The position numbers and the translations under genes were made by a program. A DNA stretch of 64,000 nt from the NCBI GenBank assembly GCA_050952625.1, contig JBMNLH010000004.1:192001-256000 (forward strand), read 5' to 3'. The notes under the pieces were generated by a model. It was not told the DNA's origin. It made no database searches and worked only from the letters and a program-made list of their open reading frames with translations. Below, piece by piece: positions 34,292 through 45,757 of the stretch. Numbering within the stretch: position 1 is the stretch's first letter; each line of letters starts with the position of its first letter. Source of the stretch: Bacillota bacterium (GTDB lineage: Bacteria > Bacillota > Ch66 > Ch109).

Positions 34292-36196
34292 TTGGGTAAA
34301 AATCTTGCACTAAGACAAGAGCAAATTAATACTATTCTGATGGGAGTACATCTGACAAGAACTGCCGCCCCGGTGAGAACACAACAGATGAGATCTTCTG
34401 CTTTTGATTTTCGTGCGGTGGAGGGTAACGATAACCAGATCGAGTTGTCGTTCTCTTCTGAATTCCCTGTTAAAAGGTTGTTAGGGCTAGAGATCTTGCT
34501 CCACGAAGAAGGCGCGGTAGATTTTGGTAGGCTGTTGACTGCGGGGACTCTGTTGTTTAGTCATGGACAGGACCCCCAGTACGGCAAGATGCCGATCGGC
34601 AAAATTGAAAAAGCTTGGCTTGATATGGCCCAGCGCAAGGGCAAAGCCTTGATAACCTTTGATGACGACGAGGACAGCCAGAAGGTTAAGAAAAAAGTCT
34701 TGAACGGTTCTATTCGCGGTGTATCCTTCGGTTACCAGGTGGACAGCTGGGAGGAAGTTCTGCCTGGTAAGACATCCAGTAACGGCAGATTTACCGGTCC
34801 GGCATATATTGCTTTAAAATGGGCGCCAATCGAGATAAGTATTGAACCCGTGCCGGCTGATCCGACGGTGGGGGTTGGGAGGTCTGAGGAAGAATTATTC
34901 GGTCCTATGAACGCGCCGAGAAAAAGTGAAACAGTAGAGGATGCGGTCCAGGATGTAAGGCGAGAAATAAGTGAAATCATCAGGCTTTGTAATGATTTTA
35001 ATATTGATTATACAAAGTATCTTAATTCGTATTTTAATTCCGGTGCCACGTTTGAACAGGTAAGAACGGCCATCCTGGACAAGTTTAAGGCTGAAAGAGC
35101 CAACCCAAAGTCACTATTACTGCAGACGAGACTGATAAATTTAGGGCCGCTGTAATGGATGCTATCCTATACCGCGGCGGTATTAGCGTCCAGGAATCCT
35201 GCCAGTGGGTATAGAGACCTTCTGGGGATGCACTTAACCGCTCTGGCATCAGAATGCGTTATGAGGAAAGGCATCTATAACCCGCAGAGGCTTGACGAGG
35301 ATACCCTATTGAGAGAAGCATTTTCGCCAGATAGTCAATTTGCCGGCATTTTAAGTGATGTCGCCAACAAGGCCATGGGCGTATCATATAAAGCCGCAGG
35401 AACAACATTCCAGCGGTGGACCAGCCGGGGCAGCAATCCTGATTTTAAGGCCGTCACACATTACCAAATCAGCGAAGCGGGGGACCTGCTGCCGATAACC
35501 CAGTCCGGTGAGTTTGAGTTTGATGAGATGACCGATCAGGGGGTAAGGAAGTCCGTCGCCACTTTTGGCCGCTCCTGGGGCTTAACCAGGCAGGCGATCA
35601 TTAATAATGACATTGGAGTATTAACAAAGATACCTGCAGCATATGCCAGGGCGGCGGCTAGGGGCATTAACCGTCTGGTCTATATGCAGCTGGGGCAGAA
35701 TCCGATAATTTATGACGGCATTCCTCTATTTAACGCTGCTCATGGGAATATAGCTGCTGTCGGCGGGATTATTAACATTCAGAACGTCGGCGCCGGTCGG
35801 GCCGCAATGCGGCAGCAAAGAGGGCTGCGCGGGGTAGAGACATTAAATATTGAGCCCAGATATTTAATTGTGCCAGCGTCACTTGAAACGGAGGCGCAGC
35901 AGTTTATATCAAAAGGCTATATTCCCACCACTCAAGGCGCCATCAACCCGTTAGCAGAAAAAATGGAAGTTGTTGTGGATGCTGAATTGGATCCGTACAG
36001 CCCTTTCGCCTGGTACCTTGCGGCGGATCCTCAAGTTGTGGAAACTATCGAGGTTACTTACCTGAACGAAAAAGACAGACCTACAATTGAAAGCCATGTT
36101 GACTTTGATTACTTGGGCGTTAAATGGCGGATATATATTGATTATGGCGTAACCGTACTTGATTATCGCGGATTATACATGAATGCGGGGATATAA
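34292..36196 (+). CDS. Phage prohead protease-major capsid fusion, split by two compensating indels around 35105-35195
   Basis: HK97-type protease motifs LLFSH, GVSFGY, EISIEPVPADP; a bridging frame reads ADETDKFRAAVMDAIL; capsid motifs LTRQAIINND, PRYLIVP, DYRGLY. Confidence 0.85.
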
Positions 36197-36921
36197 TTAT
36201 GCAAACTTTACAACAACTATTTGAAAAAATCGGTGGCTCATTAAAAATAATATTATTGCTGAATTTAATTTTATTTTTGATACATTAATTTCAAAGGAAA
36301 GAGAAAGACAATTAGATAATCGGGATTCAAAATGCTGGGATGTAATTAAGATTCTACTAGAGATTCTACTAGCAGTGCTGGTGGGATTCATAATAGGTAA
36401 AAATTGTGGATAGGGGCCTTCGAGCTCTTTTTTGCAGGAAAATTCCTCCTTTTGCCGAATTATGTCGGTGAAAGGGGGTTATTTAATTGGATGCGGTTGC
36501 AGTTACAAGTAAAATAATAGCTTGGAAGTTGCTGGCATGGTGGGCAATACCGTCATTTATATCATGTTTTATAGTTAGCAGAGTGTTGCCAAAGGTGATG
36601 CATGGGTTAGGTTTTGGTGTTGTAAGGTGTAATCACATTAGCCGAGGTTTTAAACCGCCTTAAAATCGCTTCTAAGGGTTCCCTTCATTTTGAAGGGGAT
36701 CAGTGCTAGATGGTACGACGGGGGGCTTTTTTTCTTTTAGGAAAATGCCTAACAAATATAAGGGTGCGTACAAAGTACCGACCCCTGGTGGAGACCAAAA
36801 GTGATTATCCTATTTCTGAGCTACTCACATAAAAAGAAAGAACCGGTCTAAGTAGTTTAATATGGGGTTCATACTATGAACGTCATCGACCATTTAGACA
36901 GAGTTAATCTACTTTTGTATC

Positions 36922-38560
36922 CCATGTTCATCATGTCGCCCTAAACCTTTTTGATTTATAACAAAAGGAAACTATTTCCACAAATTATGCGTTTAGTGAT
37001 ATCGGTTTGAGATAGATTTCTTCCGGGTTAAACCCGGCCCAACGGACCATATTTAAAGCTTGACGGTTAACATTATCCGGAAAATATCTCTGACCCTGAA
37101 TACTTACTGTTTGAATAGTACCCAATACTTCCAGTATAGTTTGCACTGAAGGTCTGTCTGTACTTTTGTTTCCCGGTAATTTCACTGCTTCTCCTCGTTC
37201 CTTTAGGGCCTTGCGAACTCGGTACTCCAGGTAGGAAGCCAGCAGTAAGACCAGGATAAACACGTAGCCTAGCGCATAAATTCGCTTCGGGTTTTCCAAG
37301 TATACTGGGCCTAAATATACGCGGTTTTTGAGGAATCGAAACTTGGTTTCAATTGAGATCTGCCGTTTATACTCTAATAAAATCCCTTGATCATCGTATT
37401 TTTGACGATCTTTCACATTGGCGATCAGCACGAAGGTAGATTCCATTTGGAGCAGGTACTGGTAAACCTCTGGTTTTATATCGCCAACACTGACTTCAGC
37501 GTGATATGTCGTGGTAATCGTCGGTTCTTCTCCATTGCGGGGTTTTCCTCGGTGACCGTAAGACTTTTTGACGCAGATCTGAACCGTTCCTTGAACCTCA
37601 AAGCCTTTTCGCTGGCATTCTTGAAGGAAGACATCTAAAGCAGCCTGGGCATCAGGTTCACAGGCAAAAGCCTTAGTTTTTAAGCCTTTACTCTGTTTAA
37701 TTAACTCCTCTTTTTGCTTCCCGATCCGTTTTTGTAAGGTCTTTTCTTTCTGGGCTTCCAGGGAAGAGGAGTGAACTACCACAAAATCATAAGTGTGTCC
37801 TTCCAGTTCATGATGGACCAAATAGGTTCGGTAGTGAGAAGCCTTTTTCGAGTTGGTTTCACTGACTATCCCAATGTCATGCCAGGAGTTTTCGGCCCAG
37901 GCCAGTGTTTTTAGTTCTTTCGCCAGGTTATAGGTTTCCGGCAGTCGAGAGATAAACTGAACGTGCTGCTTGGTCAGATTGGCTAAAGATTCGTTAGAGA
38001 TCAGGGCACAGTCACCAACAAAAACGACATCCCGATAACCTTGGGTATCAAAGAACTCTTTCATTTTCAAGGCTGCTTCCGGGTTCCATTTGTTATCAGA
38101 TTTGTTCCCAGAGAGCATTTCACCCATGACTACTTGGCCGTTTTGTTGCACTGCAGCCCCAATTTTGAATTGTTTAAGGTCCGGGCGCAGATCCTTACTG
38201 TGGCCTCTATTAATCGTAAAATCGTTGTATGGCTCTACATCATAGATTCCTTCGACCGATATGGAAGTAGTATCTAGATGAACCGTGGAGATATCTAAAT
38301 TGTGAATATCAAGCATCACCAAGGATACCAAACTGATCAGTTTGTTCAAATCAACTTCAGCTAGTTTATCTAAGGCCCGGCCGTAGGCATGTTCGTTAAG
38401 CTGATCAATTGATAATTCCACATCGGGAAACAGGTTAGATAAATCCTGCTCAGCCCAAAATTGATGCACTTTCCATAAAGGCATCCGGCCGCAGAAGATA
38501 CTAATAATGAGGGTTTCGATCAGGAGACCCGGAGAGATTTTAGAATTATCTTCTCTCCAT
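36922..38560 (-). mobile_element. IS1634-family element, 5' end removed at the IS110 junction
   Basis: VHLDTTSISVEG, RGHSKDLRPDLKQF, GNKSD, FISRLP, Y..Q..IE..FRFLK; coding part 36985-38560. Confidence 0.9.
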
Positions 38561-40216
38561 AATAACCTCCATCTCGCTGCAAGGGCAGCGATACAAATAG
38601 TAATGAAAACGGGGGCGCAAATTACCCCGGATTTCGGTAGAATGGGTCTGAGGAGAAGGCAAACTACAAAGCACGGTGAGGTAAGTAGTAGACCGCTCAT
38701 ATTTGACCCAAAACCGTATAATAACCAGTGTAAGGACTGCCTTCCAAGCACAAATGAGTGGTTCTTCGAGACCGTACGCTAATCATTGTTTTAACTCCTT
38801 GTTAAATGTGCGGCAGCCCAGTCACTGCCTTCTCCACACCATTTTTAAGAGGAGGCAGTAGCTTGAAAGTCGTTTACCCAATTTGCTGTGGCGTAGATGT
38901 CCACAAAAAATTTTTCGTTGCCACCATCATCACATCTAAGGGGATTACCCCTCACTACCAGAAGAAACGCTTCTCCACCTTCAACAATTCCATCCTACAA
39001 TTTAAACGCTGGTTGTTGGATAACAATTGTAGAGACGTCTGTATGGAATCTACCGGGAAGTATTGGGTTCCCGTGTTCAATTTATTGGAGGATTCCATCA
39101 ACGTCACCGTTGCCAATCCCAAATGGGTCAAGGCCGTTAAAGGCAACAAGGACGACACCAAAGATTCTAAATGGATCGGCGACCTGTTTCGTCTGGGCCT
39201 TGTACCAGGCAGTTTTATCCCCAATAAATCGATTCGAATTCTGCGCGAGTATACTCGCTACCGGTTTAAACTGATATCTTGTAAATCCAGTGAGAAGAAT
39301 CGTTTCCAAAATGCTTTCACGGTCTGCAATGTAGCCCTTGATGCTGTCGTTTCGGACATGTTTGGCAAATCTGCCTCATCCATCACCGACTACCTTGTAA
39401 ATTCAGATTCTTTTGATCCGCAACACTGCGTATCCCTTCTGAAAAAGTCCCTTAAGAAAAAGGCTGATATAGTAATTGAATCCATTGAGGGATATCAAAT
39501 GATGCCCGAGCAAAAGTTCCGCGTCCGCATGATTCGCAATCACCTGGAATTTATCGAGAAATCTATCAATAAACTGGACGATATGCTTAATATTTTGGCC
39601 TCGCCCTATGAAAGCGCGCTTCAACTTCTTTGTACCATTCCCGGAGTTGACCGCACTTCTGCTATCACGGTCATCTCCGAGATAGGTACTGACATGTCTC
39701 ATTTCTCGTCCTCAAAGAGGCTTTGCTGCTGGGCGGGTCTAACGCCTGGCAACAATGAATCTGCCGGCAAGAAAAAGTCGGTCCGCATCACAAGAGCCGG
39801 GGTTTATCTTAAGCCTGCTCTGGTTCAAGTCGCTCACGCCGCGGTAAAATCCAAGGACAGTCCTTATTACCGTATCAAGTATGAGCGCATTTCCAAGAGA
39901 AGAGGCAAGAAACGAGCCATTATCGCTATCGCCAGGATGATTCTCTCCGCCATTTATCATATGCTTTCGACCGGCGAGATCTTCAATCCATGTGACCTCT
40001 ACAAGGTTGATATGCCTCTGGAACTATGTGATAAACAGAAGGAGAAAGCTTTAAAAAAGGCTGCTAAGCTTCTGATTGCGCAAGGGCTTATTCAGGAAAC
40101 TGACATACCAGGCTTATTGCAACCAGCTTAAATTTTTACTTATAATTCAAGGGGGAAGTGTGCCCTTTTTTAGCTCCCGTCCTTATTGTCCGGTGTTATT
40201 GTTGTTTTCACGCTAA
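38561..40216 (+). mobile_element. IS110-family element, copy 1 (about 300-nt 5' non-coding region)
   Basis: Near-identical inverted copy at 48336-49993; AA dinucleotide at both junctions; no target duplication. Confidence 0.92.
38863..40131 (+). CDS. IS110 DEDD recombinase/transposase
   Basis: CGVDVHK, MESTGKYW, KDDTKDS.W, TIPGV, WAGLTP...ESAG; RBS AGGAGG before the TTG. Confidence 0.95.
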   Translation: MKVVYPICCGVDVHKKFFVATIITSKGITPHYQKKRFSTFNNSILQFKRWLLDNNCRDVCMESTGKYWVPVFNLLEDSINVTVANPKWVKAVKGNKDDTKDSKWIGDLFRLGLVPGSFIPNKSIRILREYTRYRFKLISCKSSEKNRFQNAFTVCNVALDAVVSDMFGKSASSITDYLVNSDSFDPQHCVSLLKKSLKKKADIVIESIEGYQMMPEQKFRVRMIRNHLEFIEKSINKLDDMLNILASPYESALQLLCTIPGVDRTSAITVISEIGTDMSHFSSSKRLCCWAGLTPGNNESAGKKKSVRITRAGVYLKPALVQVAHAAVKSKDSPYYRIKYERISKRRGKKRAIIAIARMILSAIYHMLSTGEIFNPCDLYKVDMPLELCDKQKEKALKKAAKLLIAQGLIQETDIPGLLQPA

Positions 40217-41015
40217 AAACTTTACCCTAATTGAAGATGATATTCGAAACTTGGAAGCCTGCCTGGTAGCTTGCGAAGGGGTAGATTATGTCCTCCATCA
40301 AGCAGCCTGGGGGTCGGTACCCAGAAGCATTGAAATGCCCTTATTATATGAAGAAATAAATATCAGGGGCACCCTAAATTTGATGGAGGCTGCAAGACAG
40401 CAGGGAGTCAAGAAATTTGTTTATGCATCCAGCTCATCGGTATATGGAGATCATCCCGTACTTCCCAAGAAAGAGGGCCAGGAAGGTGAATTGCTTTCTC
40501 CTTATGCTTTGACCAAGCGCGTTGATGAGGAGTACGGTAGGCTATATAAGGAATTATATGGACTGGATACCTATGGCTTAAGATATTTTAATGTGTTTGG
40601 CAGGAGACAGGATCCGGATGGGGCTTATGCGGCTGTGATACCTAAGTTCATTAAGCAGCTTCTGAATGACGAGCAACCTACTATCAATGGGGATGGAAAA
40701 CAGTCGAGAGACTTTACATATATAGAGAACGTAATTGAAGCTAATCTTAAGGCCTGTTTAGCATCAAGTGAGGTGGCAGGCCAGGCGTTTAATATTGCTT
40801 ACGGAGGCAGAGAATACTTAATTGACATCTACTATGAACTGTGCAAGGCATTGGGGAAAGATATCGAACCGATTTTTGGTCCGGACAGGCCTGGGGATAT
40901 CAAGCATAGTAATGCCGATATCAGTAAGGCCAGAGAACTACTGGGGTATGAACCGGAATGGAGCTTTGAACGGGGGATAAAGACTGCCATTGAATGGTAC
41001 CGGGAGAATTTGTAA
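40217..41015 (+). pseudogene. NDP-sugar epimerase (WbpP-like UDP-GlcNAc 4-epimerase), N-terminus lost
   Basis: HQAAWGSVPRS, YASSSSVYG, SPYALTK, LRYFNVFG; no GxxGxxG start, begins at the IS110 end. Confidence 0.88.
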
Positions 41016-41055
41016 AAGAGTCGATAGGGCTAGCAAACCATTTTAGAAATAACGG

Positions 41056-42108
41056 TTGAGAAATACGAAAGGTCGCCAGGTTATGCTTAGATTTAAAAAT
41101 ATAATTTTTAGCGTTGGTTTTCTATTTCGACCGATGACTCCAGTGGCAGTTAGTTTTGCATTTTTAGTTTCAACCTGCGTCCTGCTCGTTGTTATTATTT
41201 TAAACCTAAATGAGAGCACTAAAGTATATCAGGTGCTATTGTCGATTTTGACTGGCGTCACAGCATCTCTTTTAATTGCAATAATGATGGAATTATTTAA
41301 TAACTATCGTTTCAATACTAAGAGACAACGTGAATTACGAGAATACTTCCGGCAAGTGGCTAGTTATGAACTTAATCAAAGTTCAATTATAGAAACGAAT
41401 GCTAAGGATAAGTATGATTCTGTGTTGGGAAGTGGGCGATCATACGCTGTTTTCAGTCAGTTAAAAGATATTATTCCTAATCTTAGAGAAGTGCTGAATC
41501 ATAGGGACTATTTATATCGGCTTGAAATTGAAGAGATAGATGATATTCTGTCCGATTACGAGGACTTAGTTAAAATAATATGGATTGGCGTACTTAGTAC
41601 ATATATGGGATTTATTAGTGGAGAAACGAATGAAGCTGCAACTCATGATGATAAATTAAATGCTGATCATGAACATATGGACTTAGAAGGAGATGGAGCA
41701 GATGCCTATGAATCCATCGATGAATCAATTATGGATTACCCGGAGCTGTTCAATTTTCTAAAAAAAGAGGCAATGCATTATGTTGAAAAGAAATATGAGC
41801 CAAATTTCTATGATGATGGCCCTAAACACTTGGAATCTGTAATAGAGAAAGCCATTTTTTACGGGCGTTGTATCTTTAATGGTTACTTTGAGGTGACAGA
41901 TGCTCGATGTGAATTTGCCAAGTCAATGGACGATGAAGAAGATTTGGATAGCAAAGCACCATTGAAGAATAGAAAATTTGAGTTTCGTTCTAATATGATT
42001 AGTCACGCCTGTGGCAATATTGATAAAGCCATGAGAAAGCTCCATAGAAGAGTTGCAAAAGAGCCTTATTTTTGGGTAATGGCAAGCTACAATAGGCGAA
42101 ATATTTAA
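41056..42108 (+). CDS. Hypothetical protein with two N-terminal TM helices
   Basis: 350-aa ORF, hydrophobic N-terminus, acidic helical body. Confidence 0.7.
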   Translation: MRNTKGRQVMLRFKNIIFSVGFLFRPMTPVAVSFAFLVSTCVLLVVIILNLNESTKVYQVLLSILTGVTASLLIAIMMELFNNYRFNTKRQRELREYFRQVASYELNQSSIIETNAKDKYDSVLGSGRSYAVFSQLKDIIPNLREVLNHRDYLYRLEIEEIDDILSDYEDLVKIIWIGVLSTYMGFISGETNEAATHDDKLNADHEHMDLEGDGADAYESIDESIMDYPELFNFLKKEAMHYVEKKYEPNFYDDGPKHLESVIEKAIFYGRCIFNGYFEVTDARCEFAKSMDDEEDLDSKAPLKNRKFEFRSNMISHACGNIDKAMRKLHRRVAKEPYFWVMASYNRRNI

Positions 42109-42132
42109 ATGGAAATGGAGGTGCCGCACGAA

Positions 42133-42269
42133 TTCAAGCGGGGACGGTTCTTGACTTGAATTGTCTGCGAAAAATGTTTATAATGTTTGTTTTTTGAATA
42201 GCCTGCCAAGGGAGCAGCCCTGGCAGGTTCTTTGTTTGCAATTCAAGTCAAGAACCGTCCCCACTTGAA
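42133..42269. repeat. REP-like MITE with 31-bp terminal inverted repeats
   Basis: TTCAAGCGGGGACGGTTCTTGACTTGAATTG ... CAATTCAAGTCAAGAACCGTCCCCACTTGAA; internal hairpin CCTGCCA/TGGCAGG. Confidence 0.88.
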
Positions 42270-42344
42270 CGGGCCAATTTTGTAACCATTTACCATTTAA
42301 TTGCATATCATAGTTATATATTACTTAGAAAGGAGGGATTTTAA

Positions 42345-42797
42345 GTGTTAAGAAAATTAAAACTTTTATCAGTTTTCGTAGTCGCTCTGATGTTGATACT
42401 TGCACCGGCTTCAGTAACATGGGCTCAAGACGAACCGGCACAGAACTCCTATGAAGGAGAAGGTTTCCACTTTATATCCGGTGAAAGTTTCCCCACCGAT
42501 ATTCAGGTTGCCGGCTACGATCAAAAGAACCGAACTTACTATCTAAACTACACCCTTCATACCACAAAAGTTGTTAATCCTGGAAGCACCGCTACTTTTA
42601 ATTACGTAATTGAGGTATTTGATGACAATGGTGCTACAATAGGTAGTTTGGGTTCTTTTGAGGAACCTCAACAAGTTGTGGGGGAAGACGGTTCCACAGA
42701 TGCGGTGGTGGAAAATAGTGACATCACCATCGATGAACCAGGGCTTCCGGCCGCTTACCGGGTTGTAGTTACGATTACTGACACACAAGTGAATTAA
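42345..42797 (+). CDS. Secreted beta-rich protein of unknown function
   Basis: RBS AGGAGG; signal peptide ending TWA-QD; paralogous to the next gene. Confidence 0.8.
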   Translation: MLRKLKLLSVFVVALMLILAPASVTWAQDEPAQNSYEGEGFHFISGESFPTDIQVAGYDQKNRTYYLNYTLHTTKVVNPGSTATFNYVIEVFDDNGATIGSLGSFEEPQQVVGEDGSTDAVVENSDITIDEPGLPAAYRVVVTITDTQVN

Positions 42798-42917
42798 TTA
42801 TTAAAAATACTGGGTGGGTTTTACCCTTTACCCAGTATTTTTTTCAGTTTTCCGGTAGCACCAAACCAGCAAAATCATATGATGGTTTTGAGAAGTGATT
42901 ATAAGGTGGAGATCAGG

Positions 42918-43482
42918 TTGAAAATGTACAGGGCCTTATTAATTCTGATTATTGTTCTCACGTCGATTCTTTTAATTTCCGGGGATTGGGCCCCATGGTT
43001 TATCACAGGATCAAGAAACAAAAAGTGAGCTGCAGCAAGGTCCGGAGCCTATTGAGAACTCCTCTGAGCCCACCTGCGATGATGAGTCACAGAAACCGGA
43101 GGAACTAACTGAAACTAATGTGACAGAACCTATGGAGGAACAACTTGAGGAGGTCGAAACAGAAAATATAAGTTTCCCTACGTCTATCCGGGTAGTCGGC
43201 TATGATTCAAAGCTTAATTATTTATATATTAATTACAGTTTAACAACTACAAAAACTGTTTCTTCTTCAGAAAGAATAGTTTTCAACTATGTAGTTGAGA
43301 TATTTAACGGCAATGATGTACTGATCGGCAGCATAGGTTCTTTTGATTCACCAGAACAAGAAATCGGAATGTTAGGTCAAAACTCGCTAGATATCAGGGA
43401 TAGGAGAATAAATATCCGAACTGATAAACTTCCTGCTGCATACCGCATTGTGATCACTGTAACTGAAACTTATGTAATTTAA
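42918..43482 (+). CDS. Paralog of the preceding secreted protein (N-terminal anchor in a shifted frame)
   Basis: Shared FPT.I.V.GYD, NY.L.TTK.V, FNYV.E.F, GS.GSF..P, LPAAYR.V.T.T.T motifs. Confidence 0.7.
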
Positions 43483-43606
43483 GCATAATGTTGTCTTTCA
43501 CCTTACCACCCCCTGATTGCCAAATTTTTACTTTTTTTGAGCTGCACAACTCATAAAGAATGAGGATTATATGCAAGAAAATTTAATTTGTAAAGGAGGT
43601 ATATAA

Positions 43607-44354
43607 GTGTCAACTAACCAAGAAACAAAAGAAATAATTCATAAAAAACCGGTTAAGCGAAAAAAGAGGTTTTTTATATTAGCAACCTTGTTTCTTATTG
43701 CTATCTTTATTCTGCTGCTGTGTCACCATTGTCCTAAACCTACTCCACCGTTGGAAGTTTGGTTCGAAGAATATTTTGAACATGGTCTGGAGGACTGGGA
43801 AAGTCTGGACGCCAAATGGATTGATAATGATGGGGTAGTTCATAATACTTCGGCCCGAGTGGCTAAGGAAGTTTATCTGGCTCCATATCTGGGTTATGAA
43901 TTCAATACTCCAATCCATAATGATCAGATAGTTGTTGAATTTTATACTAAAATAGAGAAAATCACCGGTGCCATGACTCTGGCTTCGCTTGATTTTCCTT
44001 CTGGTGAGATTAGCGCGGTTATAAGTAAAGACGGATACCTCGGAGTGGCTTTTGGGCTGTTTGAGCCTGCCCGGTACAGTACCAAGCGCCCTGACCCCTG
44101 GGGAGTGGCAAAAGGTACAGATCTATGTGAATAATTCAGAAAACAAGTTATCATTACGATATAATGACTCGGAAGTTTTAAACACTCACTGGGCGGGAAC
44201 ACTACCCCTCATGAAAATTTGGCTGGGTTCGGTCTGGATTTACGGTGCAGAAAACTATGTGCCTACTTTGGGGTCTTATTACGACGCAATTCGGGTTGGA
44301 AACCTTGGTTTGTTAGACTCAAAGACCCCAAAATCAAGCAGGGACGGTTCTTGA
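43607..44354 (+). CDS. Membrane-anchored protein with a probable lectin/LamG-like beta-sandwich, frameshifted near 44090
   Basis: Basic N-terminus plus TM helix; EEYFE, LTPGEWQKV, YYDAIRVG patterns. Confidence 0.55.
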
Positions 44355-44456
44355 CTTGAATTGACTGTGAAAAATGTTTACATTATTAGTTTTTTAAATA
44401 GCCTGCCAGGAATGCAGTTTCCGGCAGGTTCTTTGTTCGTTCAAGCAGGGACGGTT
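44334..44456. repeat. Second copy of the REP-like MITE, ending in a direct-orientation arm interrupted by IS110
   Basis: TCAAGCAGGGACGGTTCTTGACTTGAATTG...; final arm TTCAAGCAGGGACGGTT abuts the IS110 end. Confidence 0.85.
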
Positions 44457-44577
44457 AGTGTGAAAACAACCATCCCAAGTGATCGAATTACTACTCAAAA
44501 ATTGCAACACAAAATAAGCCCGTAAACATTGATTTTTTTACAGGTAATAGATAACATATAAACAAAGGGCTATTATT

Positions 44578-45754
44578 TTAACGAGGCGATTGAACTGGCA
44601 CTTTTGCCACCATTGGGTCATAGAACTCTCCAGATTTTAGTAGCTTGTAAATTAGCACTAGAATCTTTCTCGCCACTGCAATAATAGCCTTTTTTCTACC
44701 CAATTTACCTTGATGTGTCCAAAACCAGTCATGAAAACTTGATTTGCGTGTACGCACCGCTGCCCATGCAACCTGACATAAAATTGCTTTAATATAAGGA
44801 CTCCCTTTTGTAACTTTACGAGACTTTATATTGCCTGCTGATTCATCATTTCGAGGTGATAATCCAGCCCAAGATACGATCTTCTTAGCACTATCAAAAC
44901 TATCCTGGGGAGTTGCGCTGGTTTCAGCTATAATTGTAAGGGCCGCTGCTATGTCAATGCCGGGTATAGAATCAAGCTGCTCAAGCTGAATTTTATAGGG
45001 TTCAGCTAAATGTTGCATAAGCAGAAGAATATCATTAATCTCACCATCAAGAGTATCAATTTTATCAAGTAAAATTTTGAGATAAGAACGTTCGGAATAG
45101 TCAAGTTTACCAGTAACGGTTGACCGAATCTCTTCCATAGACTTTTTAACACGTCTGTCCATAGCATCACTCACATCAATAGGCGATAAAACACCTTTTT
45201 GAGACAAGGTAGCAAGCAGCCGTCTACCACTTACCCCTAAAATACTGCTTAGAACAGAAGATAGCTTAAACCCATGAGCCTGCAGAAACTTCTCAAGCCT
45301 ATTAGAATAACGAGTACGCTCTGCTACCAAAGTACGACGTAGCCTTGAATATTCTCGTAAATTTCTAATAAGCCTTTCTGGAACAAAACTAGGCTCCAAA
45401 AGACCATGGCGAAGCAAGGTAGCAATCCACTGGGCATCCTTGACATCACTTTTGCGACCGGCCAAATTACGCATATGATGAGCATTCACAACCATTAGAC
45501 ACTTATAACCATCCAAGAACTCTTCACATGCTTCATAAACAGGCCGCCAATAAACACCGGTACTCTCCATAGCAACATTAAAACACTGATTTTCTAAAAG
45601 CCAAGAGCACATCGCTTGCAAATCGGATTGAATAGCTTTAAATTCGGCGTGAATAGAAATAGGCTCTTCATCAGGAGAACCTTTTAAAAATACAGGCATG
45701 AATAACATCCTTGTGCACGTCCAAACCACAGCAACAATCCAGTAAAGCAAGCAT
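44578..45754 (-). CDS. IS110 recombinase (N-terminal frameshift; RBS displaced)
   Basis: MLALLDCCCGLDVHKD in a shifted frame; MESTGVYW, KSDVKDAQW, SIPGI, WAGLSP. Confidence 0.9.
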
Positions 45755-45757
45755 AAC

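Noticed and set aside
38561-38751. Hydrophobic N-terminal extension on the IS1634 transposase ORF
   Set aside because: It is read-through into the antisense strand of the IS110 non-coding end; the same peptide appears at 49767-49997
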